The position numbers were made by a program, and so were the translations under genes. Under the pieces are notes generated by a model. The model was not told the DNA's origin. It made no database searches and saw only the letters and a program-made list of their open reading frames with translations. This document shows positions 7,635-15,197 of a DNA stretch of 24,688 nucleotides, piece after piece. Location: the IMG/VR virus record IMGVR_UViG_3300035135_002966, positions 1 to 24,688 of that record; one strand, 5' to 3'. How positions within the stretch are numbered: the stretch's first letter is position 1; each line of letters starts with the position of its first letter. The stretch is from a virus. Its lineage: Duplodnaviria > Caudoviricetes.

Positions 7635-8273
7635 ATGACAAGTGATCCAAACAGTTGGCCAGAATCAAAGGCAACAGTAGCTCCTGGCCCTATTTGGAAT
7701 TTTACTCGTGGCTATGTTGTAGAAAAAGCTGGGAGACACGAAAACGAAAAACAATTTCGTGCATTTACTTTTTATCTAAACTCTGGCGATAATCGAAATT
7801 ATGTTGATACCGCCAAGTTTGCAGGCGTAGGTACTAGCACCGTTCACAAGTGGGCTCATACGTATAACTGGGACCGGAGGTGCGCGGCTTACGACAAGAA
7901 AGAAATGGCAATAGCTTTCAAAGAAGCTAGCAAATTACGGCGACAGGCACACCGAAAAGATATCGATGACTTCCGTAAAGCTAATGAAGAACAAGCCCGT
8001 CTGATGATGGGAGTCAGTTCTGATTTGATGGGAGTTATTCAAAAAAAGATCGCTAAATTAGAAGAAGAAGGAGAAGAAGTTCCTCTACATCTTGTTTCTG
8101 GCCTGCTTCGTGCTGCATCAAACATTTCCGATTCTGGCAGACAGGCTTGGGCAACCTCTCTTGGTGTTAATGAACTTATGTCAGTTGTAGAACAGGAGAT
8201 TGAAGAAGTACAAGTAGAAATCATAGATGAAGAAGTCGATGAAGCTTACGAAATCCCATTGGATGAGGAGTAA
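7635..8273 (+). CDS. terS: Putative terminase small subunit
   Basis: HTH YVDTAKFAGVGTSTVHKWAHTYNWDRRCAAYD followed by a coiled coil; TAATG-coupled to terL. Confidence 0.7.
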   Translation: MTSDPNSWPESKATVAPGPIWNFTRGYVVEKAGRHENEKQFRAFTFYLNSGDNRNYVDTAKFAGVGTSTVHKWAHTYNWDRRCAAYDKKEMAIAFKEASKLRRQAHRKDIDDFRKANEEQARLMMGVSSDLMGVIQKKIAKLEEEGEEVPLHLVSGLLRAASNISDSGRQAWATSLGVNELMSVVEQEIEEVQVEIIDEEVDEAYEIPLDEE

Positions 8274-10804
8274 TGTCAGTAAAATACGGTAATGACTACC
8301 TTGAGTTTGCGGCAAAAGGCCAGCAGCTTATCAAGGAAGTAAAAACTAAAAAAGCAAACCGAGGAACAAACAAACGTGTCATTCTCTGGAAATTCATCAA
8401 AAAGGTTTTTCCAAACTACAAATTCTACAAATTTCATGCAACTGTTATTCAGCAACTTCAAAGAGTCCTTGACGATGGCTGTAAAAGGATCATCTTGCAG
8501 GTCCCACCTCGCCATGGTAAACTAGCAGCCCATTCCACCCCTATCCTGACTTCAAAAGGTTGGACAACTCACGGCCAACTTCGAGTGGGTGACAGGGTTT
8601 TTCACCCTTCTGGCCGACAGGTAGAAGTTGTCGCGCTTTCTCCTGAGGTTCAATCAAACGCTCGGGTTCATTTAGGTAATGGCGAGACAATTGAGTGTCA
8701 TTTGAATCACGAATGGACCGTTTACGACCGTGGGCGGCACAAGTGGAGAACCGTAGAAACCAGCGAGCTAGTGGAATGGAGCAAGCTGGGCGCGGAACGG
8801 GCTCGGTATCAGCTACCTGATGTTGAGGCGCTGCAGTTCGACTCAAAGGATTTAGTGATGAATCCCTACGTCCTGGGTGTGTGGCTGGGGGACGGTCGCA
8901 CTAATTCCAACTCCTTTTGCGGAGCTGAGGCCGACAATGCTATTGCTGATGCTATTGAAGATTGCGGCTATAAAATCACCAGCAAGAATCAACAGAAGGA
9001 AACAGGGGTTTGGTATTACATTCTTGATGGTCAGCGAACTGGGGGTGATGGCCGGTTCAGTCGTGAGCTAAAGGTCCTTGGGGTTCGCCGCAATAAGCAC
9101 ATCCCCGAGAGCTATCTCCGCTCTTCCATTCCCCAGCGCCTGCGCCTCCTAGCAGGTCTTATGGATACCGATGGCAACATGTGCCCTAAGACGGGGCGGG
9201 CACGAATTGTGACGGCTTCTGAGCGGCTTGCAGAGGACATCATGGACCTATGCACCACTCTTGGCTTCCGCCCATACTTGACGAGTCAGGAACCTTATCT
9301 ATCGAGTAGTGGCATCCAAGGTAAGTCCACTGTTTATACCGTTAATTTTCAGCCAAACCTTGAAATTCCTTGCACTCTTGAAAGAAAACGTGTCAAGCGC
9401 CACGCTGTCAGACGCAGAATCGGAATTGCCTCTGCGGAGGTTACGTTGGATGGGGAGATGGGACGCTGCATCCAAGTATCTTCGCCTGATGGATTGTACC
9501 TTGTCGGAAAGAAATTAAATGCAACACACAACTCTCTTCTTGCTTCGCAGCTTTTGCCTGCTGCTTACTTGTTGGCTCATCCTGATCGTTACGTCGGAAT
9601 CAGTAGCTACTCAGCAGAACTTGCCGAAGGGTTCTCCAGGAAGGCGAGAGAATATTTTCGTGAGGGCGGCGGACTGATCAGTGCCAGCAGTCAAGCCGTC
9701 AACGCATGGGGAACCGAGGCTGGTGGTGGTCTCTGGGCTGCCGGTGTGGGCGGTGCCATCACTGGTCGGTCTGGTCATCTACTCATCATCGATGACCCTG
9801 TCAAAAACAGGGAAGATGCTGAGAGTGACAGAATGATGGAAAAGCTTAATGATTGGTACACATCCACTCTCTATACTCGCCTGGAGCCCAAAGTAGGTGC
9901 AATCGTCGTCATTCAAACGCGTTGGTCCGAAAATGACATGATTGGACAGCTCGTTGAAAACGAATTTAACGTTTCCGAGAAAGGACGTGAAGATTGGACT
10001 ATCGTGGACCTTCCAGCACTTTACGAGGATCCCGATGATAGACCAAAGCTTCCTGCCCACTGTGAAACCATTCCCGATTGGCGAGAAGAAATCGGAGAAG
10101 CTTTGTGTCCGCAGAGATACAACCAAGAAGACTTGGAGCGTATTAGGGAGGCTATTGGAAGTCGGGATTTCGCATCGCTCTATCAACAACGTCCTGCTCC
10201 CGATGGGGGCAATATGTTTAACCCGAACTGGTGGCAATATTACGATTGGGATACACCGTTGCCGCCGTTTCAGCGTGTCATCTTATCAGTTGACTGTACG
10301 TTTACAGATAATAAAAAAAGTGATTATGTCGTTGGGGCTGTCATTGCCCAAGCGGGTGCGAGGTTCTATGTACTGGACTTGGTCAGAGAGAAGCTAGACG
10401 TACTGGGTACGATGGCAATGATTTCAAGGATGTACAAAAGACACCAATTGTCGGGTACGATCATTGAGCTAGCAGCATCTGGCTATGCTGTCTATCAAAT
10501 GATGCAGAAAAAAGTACCTGGGCTAATTGGTTTTAAGCCAGATAAGAGCAAGGAATCAAGAGCAGCCAGTGTCGTGCCCATGGTAGAAGCTGGGAATGTT
10601 TATTTGCCAGCAAGCGAAGCCTGGCTTGACTCATTCATTAATGAATTTAACCTGTTCCCCGCTTCTAAAAATGACGACCAAGTTGATGCTATAACAATGG
10701 GTTTAAATTATTGCACGCAAAGAACTTCTCCTCAACTAACGCAAGTGACATGGGGTAGAGGAATTAAGCCAATAATTGATACAAAACATGAAAGAACGTG
10801 GTAG
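8273..10804 (+). CDS. terL: Terminase large subunit with intein (843 aa precursor, 506 aa spliced)
   Basis: Walker A PPRHGK|S split by the intein, Walker B LLIIDDP, QTRW coupling motif, nuclease residues ILSVD and NDDQVDA. Confidence 0.96.
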   Translation: MSVKYGNDYLEFAAKGQQLIKEVKTKKANRGTNKRVILWKFIKKVFPNYKFYKFHATVIQQLQRVLDDGCKRIILQVPPRHGKLAAHSTPILTSKGWTTHGQLRVGDRVFHPSGRQVEVVALSPEVQSNARVHLGNGETIECHLNHEWTVYDRGRHKWRTVETSELVEWSKLGAERARYQLPDVEALQFDSKDLVMNPYVLGVWLGDGRTNSNSFCGAEADNAIADAIEDCGYKITSKNQQKETGVWYYILDGQRTGGDGRFSRELKVLGVRRNKHIPESYLRSSIPQRLRLLAGLMDTDGNMCPKTGRARIVTASERLAEDIMDLCTTLGFRPYLTSQEPYLSSSGIQGKSTVYTVNFQPNLEIPCTLERKRVKRHAVRRRIGIASAEVTLDGEMGRCIQVSSPDGLYLVGKKLNATHNSLLASQLLPAAYLLAHPDRYVGISSYSAELAEGFSRKAREYFREGGGLISASSQAVNAWGTEAGGGLWAAGVGGAITGRSGHLLIIDDPVKNREDAESDRMMEKLNDWYTSTLYTRLEPKVGAIVVIQTRWSENDMIGQLVENEFNVSEKGREDWTIVDLPALYEDPDDRPKLPAHCETIPDWREEIGEALCPQRYNQEDLERIREAIGSRDFASLYQQRPAPDGGNMFNPNWWQYYDWDTPLPPFQRVILSVDCTFTDNKKSDYVVGAVIAQAGARFYVLDLVREKLDVLGTMAMISRMYKRHQLSGTIIELAASGYAVYQMMQKKVPGLIGFKPDKSKESRAASVVPMVEAGNVYLPASEAWLDSFINEFNLFPASKNDDQVDAITMGLNYCTQRTSPQLTQVTWGRGIKPIIDTKHERTW
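8522..9532 (+). mobile_element. Class 3 intein (337 aa) with LAGLIDADG homing endonuclease in TerL Walker A
   Basis: Starts LAAHSTPILT and ends ATHN|S; WCT triad present (block B NHEW, block F RCIQV, block G THN); endonuclease motifs VLGVWLGDG and LLAGLMDTDG. Confidence 0.92.
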
Positions 10805-10807
10805 AAT
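10799..10807 (+). promoter_or_regulatory. Extended -10 promoter element for the sigma factor 2/primase operon
   Basis: TG-G-TAGAAT, 20 nt before ATG 10828. Confidence 0.45.
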
Positions 10808-10827
10808 GAAGTAAAAGAATTATCAAT

Positions 10828-11562
10828 ATGGCACGTAAAACTGCTAAGTTCAAGATGAACAGAGAGCAGCAAAATCTTGCTGCCGACAACATGAATCTCG
10901 CAAGACGTGAAGCTTGGAGGATTCAAAGGACGACTGGTATTGAGTATTCCACTCTGGAATCCGTTGCTTTTGAGGGATTATGCAAAGCTGCTTATCGTTA
11001 TGATGCAAGTCGCCCTCATCCGATAACGGGCAAGAGCATGAAATTTTCAAGCTTGGCTATACCGACAATACGGGGAGAGCTTTTGCATTGGGTGAGGGAT
11101 AGTACCTATGCTGTAAGGCTTAGCCATAAGATGCGTGAACGTTGGGTCAAAGGTAGAAAGCTCCTCTATAGAGGCGCTACTGACCTAGAGGTTGCTGAAC
11201 AACTTGAAATCAGCGTAGAAGATTGGATTGAAGTCAGAAAGGTATGTTCTGGGCCGCCCTTGGAATTGAAGGAACAAGCGAAGCCGACAGACCCACTCGA
11301 ACCAACGGAAGTAAATTTCGGACAACTTTACATTGAAATGGCAGAAGATGTCATGGAAACCATGAGGGAAGAACATGGCAGTACCTTGGATGAAGTTGAA
11401 ATTTATCTTTCTGGCACTGGCAGTCGAGTACCGAGAGAATCTGTAGATAATCTTTTAACTGCTGCAGGATGCTATACAACGAACTGGGATGAAGAAGAAA
11501 TTAAGATCTTGGAAGGGTGGGAAGAATTGGGTAATGGCAGATTGCAGGGGGCTCTCTTCTGA
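10828..11562 (+). CDS. Phage sigma factor 2 (group 3, SigF/SigB-like)
   Basis: NMNLARREAWR...LESVAFEGLCKAAYRYD...KFSSLAIPTIRGELLHWVRD...VRLS, plus region 3 ATDLEVAEQLEIS. Confidence 0.9.
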   Translation: MARKTAKFKMNREQQNLAADNMNLARREAWRIQRTTGIEYSTLESVAFEGLCKAAYRYDASRPHPITGKSMKFSSLAIPTIRGELLHWVRDSTYAVRLSHKMRERWVKGRKLLYRGATDLEVAEQLEISVEDWIEVRKVCSGPPLELKEQAKPTDPLEPTEVNFGQLYIEMAEDVMETMREEHGSTLDEVEIYLSGTGSRVPRESVDNLLTAAGCYTTNWDEEEIKILEGWEELGNGRLQGALF

Positions 11563-11575
11563 TTACACTCACTAG

Positions 11576-13186
11576 ATGGGTGTATCGCAAACGACAATTG
11601 ACGCAGTCAAGGCTGCGCCACTTTCATCCTTGATTCAGCAGCTTGGAGGCTCTCTCAAAAGGGTTGGTCGAGAGCATGTTACAAAATGCCTGTGGCACGA
11701 TGACAAAAGGCCGTCCCTGACGGTCAGTGATCAAAAGGGATTCTGTTACTGTCACGTCTGTTCTTGTGGCTGGGATGGGATTGATTATGTTCAACAAAAG
11801 AAAGGCTTAGGCTTCCAAGAGGCGGCTGAATTGGCCTGTGAAATTCTAGGTATTCGTTTTGAGGTTGAAAATGAAGACCCTGTAGAACGAGAAAGGAAAA
11901 AGAAAGAGCGACAAGACTTTATCGCAACGCTAGAAAAACAACAGCAAACTTTTAAGGATAATCTTTTCGATGATCGTGCTGACAGGATTAGAGTAATACT
12001 TAAGGGCCGAGGAATCGAGAAGCAAGCTGCATTAGAATTTGGCCTTGGATTCGCTTCTACTGGATTCTTTGAGGGAAGAATCACAATTCCTATTCATGAT
12101 CACAAGGGAAGTTTGGTTGGATTTACTGGTCGCGCTACAAAGGAAGACCAGGAAGCGAAGTACAAAAATAGTTCGGATAGCCTTCTGTTTCAGAAAAAGA
12201 ATCTTCTTTTTAATGAACATCGTGCATTTGATGCTGCGGTGGAAGCTGGTTCAATTGTTTTTGTTGAAGGGCACTTAGACGTTGTCTCAATGTGGCAAGC
12301 TGGTATCAAGAATGTAGTAGCCGCTCAGGGCACTGCTGTACCGGAGGCTAGTGCTTTTCAAAGACTTTGCAGGAGAGTCAACAACTTTGTCCTGTGTTTT
12401 GATGGTGATAATGGCGGGAGAACTGCGGTAACCAATTTTCTCAAGGTACTAGGCCCTTTGGCTCATCGAGGTGAAATAAACGTCAGTATTGCAGTATTAC
12501 CTGATGGAAAAGATCCTGATGACATGATTAGGTCTGGAGCTGATCTTTATAGGCATATTTGCAAGGCTGTACCTTGGCTTGACTGGATTATTGATGACTG
12601 GGCCTCTTCATTGGATCATGATGACACGAAGATGATTACTGAAGTGGAATCTAGGCTTCATGGGTTGATTTCTCAGATTCGCTCAAATGCGCTCAGGACT
12701 CACTACATTGACAAAGCTTCAAGGATACTTGGCCAAACAGAGAAGGAAGCAAAGGAACTTGCTCGTAATTGGGGTGGGTCAAGTTATTACGCTGAGCAAA
12801 AGTATGAGTGGAATCCAAGATCTTTTCTGGAAACGAGAAATGCTGCTGAACGCAGACTGCTTAGGACTTATATCCACATTCCTTCAACCCGGCAGGCCCT
12901 ATTACCTTTGTTTGACAAGATTCAAAGTGCTCCACATGTCTGGCTGGCAAAGAGGATCGTTGAATTAGAAGAACATTGTGCAGTTGATCTGACACCATTC
13001 AGTGTCATGGCGGTTCTGTCAGTTGCTGAGGGGCATTTTGTCGAACAACTCAGGACTTTAGTGAGACCCAAGGTGATTATTGACGTGAACGATCAAGTTA
13101 TTGAGCATTTACACACTACACTGAACTTAACACTTTCAGTATGTGATGAAGATCAAACTGAGTCAAGGGGATATTCGGATCTGTGA
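11576..13186 (+). CDS. dnaG: DnaG-type DNA primase
   Basis: CHC2 zinc finger (CLWHDDKRPSL...CHVC), GRITIPI...GFTGR...KYKNS, TOPRIM VEGHLDV, LCFDGDNGG, KDPDD. Confidence 0.96.
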   Translation: MGVSQTTIDAVKAAPLSSLIQQLGGSLKRVGREHVTKCLWHDDKRPSLTVSDQKGFCYCHVCSCGWDGIDYVQQKKGLGFQEAAELACEILGIRFEVENEDPVERERKKKERQDFIATLEKQQQTFKDNLFDDRADRIRVILKGRGIEKQAALEFGLGFASTGFFEGRITIPIHDHKGSLVGFTGRATKEDQEAKYKNSSDSLLFQKKNLLFNEHRAFDAAVEAGSIVFVEGHLDVVSMWQAGIKNVVAAQGTAVPEASAFQRLCRRVNNFVLCFDGDNGGRTAVTNFLKVLGPLAHRGEINVSIAVLPDGKDPDDMIRSGADLYRHICKAVPWLDWIIDDWASSLDHDDTKMITEVESRLHGLISQIRSNALRTHYIDKASRILGQTEKEAKELARNWGGSSYYAEQKYEWNPRSFLETRNAAERRLLRTYIHIPSTRQALLPLFDKIQSAPHVWLAKRIVELEEHCAVDLTPFSVMAVLSVAEGHFVEQLRTLVRPKVIIDVNDQVIEHLHTTLNLTLSVCDEDQTESRGYSDL

Positions 13187-14141
13187 AAAAGTGGCTCTGG
13201 AAAGAAGGACTTCAGCTTTGAACAAAAATCGCCCTCAACCCTATGGCCCAGTGAACGGGAATCACATGAAAACTGAAATCCAGGCGTGCATTGCTGAGCG
13301 AGGCGTAGCACAGTTGCTTGGCAAGAAGTGGCATGATTATGCAGAAGATATTTCAACACTGCCTGCTGATGTGGGTGATGATATTCAGGTGCGGTGGACC
13401 AGTTATCATACTGGACACTTGATTCTTCACGGCAAGGATCCTAGTGAGCATTTTTACGTACTTGTTACAGGCACTTATCCTAATATGCAAATAAAAGGAT
13501 TCCTTCGCGGCCACCAGGCTAAGCAAAAAAAATATTGGAAAGAAAAGGGGTTCGATGGCAGGCCGTGTTATGCAGTGTCGCAGAAAGATCTTGACAGTTT
13601 TAACTATCTTTACTACAAAGATAAACATTTTTTTGACTGCTGGAGTTTGGAAGAATTGCGAAATTATTTTCGCTATGACCCAGATACGGGATTTATTTAT
13701 GAAAGAAAAGCAGGCAAAAAGCTTGGCACTAAAGGCGGAAATAGCTACATTATGATAACACGAAAGGATTCTTCAAGAAACATCGAAAAAAAGGTTACAG
13801 CGCATACTCTTGTTTGGTATTTGCATTACGGTGTCAAGCCAAGGGGGAAAATTGATCACAAAAATGAAATCAAAATAGATAACCGGATAAATAATTTGGA
13901 AGATGTTACACATAGAGAAAATATTAGCAGGGCGCATTTAAACAAAAAGAAAGCAAGGCTTCCAGTAGGAGTGTCTTTTGAAAAAAGATATAGTAAAAAC
14001 CCTTTCAAGGCGAGAATAACTGTATATGGAAAGGAACGCCACTTAGGCTGTTTCACCACTGCGGAAGAAGCCTCAATCGCCTACCAAAAAGCACTCGCTA
14101 AAATTCAACCAAATGCAAGCCACCATCCACACGCTGCCTGA
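13146..14141 (+). CDS. Fusion protein: N-terminal restriction-endonuclease-like domain plus C-terminal HNH-AP2 homing endonuclease
   Basis: C-terminal half: YFRYDPDTG, AHTLVW, IDHKNEIKIDNRINNL (HNH_3), GVSF...KARITVYGKERHLGCFTTAEEASIAY (AP2). N-terminal half: AE...ADVGDDIQVR...FYVLV, PD-(D/E)XK-like. Confidence 0.8.
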   Translation: MKIKLSQGDIRICEKVALERRTSALNKNRPQPYGPVNGNHMKTEIQACIAERGVAQLLGKKWHDYAEDISTLPADVGDDIQVRWTSYHTGHLILHGKDPSEHFYVLVTGTYPNMQIKGFLRGHQAKQKKYWKEKGFDGRPCYAVSQKDLDSFNYLYYKDKHFFDCWSLEELRNYFRYDPDTGFIYERKAGKKLGTKGGNSYIMITRKDSSRNIEKKVTAHTLVWYLHYGVKPRGKIDHKNEIKIDNRINNLEDVTHRENISRAHLNKKKARLPVGVSFEKRYSKNPFKARITVYGKERHLGCFTTAEEASIAYQKALAKIQPNASHHPHAA

Positions 14142-14307
14142 TTGCCCCTGGTGCGTCAAGGCAAAACACCTTCTGTCCTCTTTTGGAATCCCATACACAG
14201 AACTAGATGGAAAATCCGACAACTGGCCAACAGTTCCCTACATCGAAATTGATGGCAAATCCATTGGAGGCTTTCTTGAGCTTGCCAATTACTGTCGTTC
14301 GCTATGA
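14113..14307 (+). CDS. Glutaredoxin
   Basis: CPWC active site, TVP, IDGKSIGGF. Confidence 0.92.
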   Translation: MQATIHTLPDCPWCVKAKHLLSSFGIPYTELDGKSDNWPTVPYIEIDGKSIGGFLELANYCRSL

Positions 14308-14468
14308 CTTTATCGGCTTCTGACAACTACACTGTCATTTATACAGATGGCAATGGTAAAAGGCGTGAACAATATATTCGCGCCAAGTCAGCGGCTCATG
14401 CAACGATCCTCGCACGCGAAACACTTCCTGAAAGTTGTGACATAACTCGCGTTTATCTCAATCCTTAA
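14304..14468 (+). CDS. Small hypothetical protein (54 aa, MTLSASDNYTVIYTDGNGKRREQYIRAKSAAHATILARETLPESCDITRVYLNP)
   Basis: Hand-translated; ATGA-coupled to glutaredoxin and fills the gap. Confidence 0.65.
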   Translation: MTLSASDNYTVIYTDGNGKRREQYIRAKSAAHATILARETLPESCDITRVYLNP

Positions 14469-14477
14469 GACAAAACT

Positions 14478-14711
14478 ATGGTTGGATTCTATTCGCTGTG
14501 TATTTTGCTGACAGTATGTTTACTGGTTGACGCAGATGCCACGATTAAAGTCATTACAATGGCCAGTCTTAAGATCCAAGTTTATTGGGTTAATTGGCGA
14601 ATGAAATGTCAAGCTCGTAAAATTCACCGTGAGCTAACTAGAATGTCTAAGAAGGCAGGATGGCCTGAACCTCCACCATTTACTTTCAAGAACATTTGGG
14701 AACGCGACTGA
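14478..14711 (+). CDS. Hypothetical protein (77 aa) with hydrophobic N-terminus
   Basis: In-operon ORF with an N-terminal hydrophobic stretch. Confidence 0.65.
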   Translation: MVGFYSLCILLTVCLLVDADATIKVITMASLKIQVYWVNWRMKCQARKIHRELTRMSKKAGWPEPPPFTFKNIWERD

Positions 14712-14714
14712 ATT

Positions 14715-14870
14715 ATGGCATTTACTCCTCTCCCTAAAAAAGGATCTTCCTATGCCCGTGACGGGCACAAGCTTGGCGATCTGCCCAAGCGAACTTCAAT
14801 CGGCAACGGTAAGCGCAAAAGGGGATCCTACAAAGGATCTAAGGCTTATCGAGGACAAGGAAGGCGATGA
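14715..14870 (+). CDS. Small basic protein (51 aa) ending in YRGQGRR
   Basis: MAFTPLPKKGSSYARDGHKLGDLPKRTSIGNGKRKRGSYKGSKAYRGQGRR; the PK.TS.G...YRGQG pattern is recalled from small phage proteins. Confidence 0.65.
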   Translation: MAFTPLPKKGSSYARDGHKLGDLPKRTSIGNGKRKRGSYKGSKAYRGQGRR

Positions 14871-14998
14871 TTCCATTCTTCTGCCTTGATCGTCTGAATT
14901 ATCGCTATAACACTATGGCTGAGAAGAAACCATGTAAAAAATGCAAAGACTGTAAACCTGATAGCCCTTGTAAGAACAAGACTAAGGAGCCTTCTTAG
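14867..14998 (+). CDS. Small Cys/Lys-rich peptide (43 aa, or 27 aa from ATG 14915)
   Basis: ATGA-coupled; ...MAEKKPCKKCKDCKPDSPCKNKTKEPS; stop lies within the terminator hairpin. Confidence 0.45.
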   Translation: MIPFFCLDRLNYRYNTMAEKKPCKKCKDCKPDSPCKNKTKEPS

Positions 14999-15104
14999 GC
15001 TCCTTTTTCTTTGGCTTCAAGTGCTTGTCAGAAGCAGTCTCTGTCACTAAAGTCATCCCTGACTTAATAAAGTCTTTACTTTTATCGACCGGAGAATTTC
15101 CCAT
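14982..15104 (-). CDS. Small antisense-oriented protein (40 aa, MGNSPVDKSKDFIKSGMTLVTETASDKHLKPKKKEPKKAP)
   Basis: Hand-translated; fills otherwise empty DNA; preceded by GGAACTATAA (15131-15122) 27 nt upstream; N-terminus resembles small cyanophage proteins as recalled. Confidence 0.6.
   Translation of the reverse strand: MGNSPVDKSKDFIKSGMTLVTETASDKHLKPKKKEPKKAP
14984..15010. terminator. Terminator hairpin between convergent small ORFs
   Basis: AAGGAGCCT-TCTT-AGGCTCCTT plus a T tract on the + strand. Confidence 0.8.
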
Positions 15105-15197
15105 AGTTTTAAGGACTCTTTTTATAGTTCCTGAGCTGTAAAAGCCGCATTGAGCCATACACTCTATAGGTAGCCTTTACCTACCCGTTCCAGTTCG

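Noticed and set aside
15153-15185. NrdR box, NtcA box or cobalamin riboswitch upstream of nrdJ
   Set aside because: Poor match to the NrdR palindrome, GTA/TAC spacing is 6 or 10 rather than 8, no B12 box is visible, and most of the space is taken by a minus-strand microgene.
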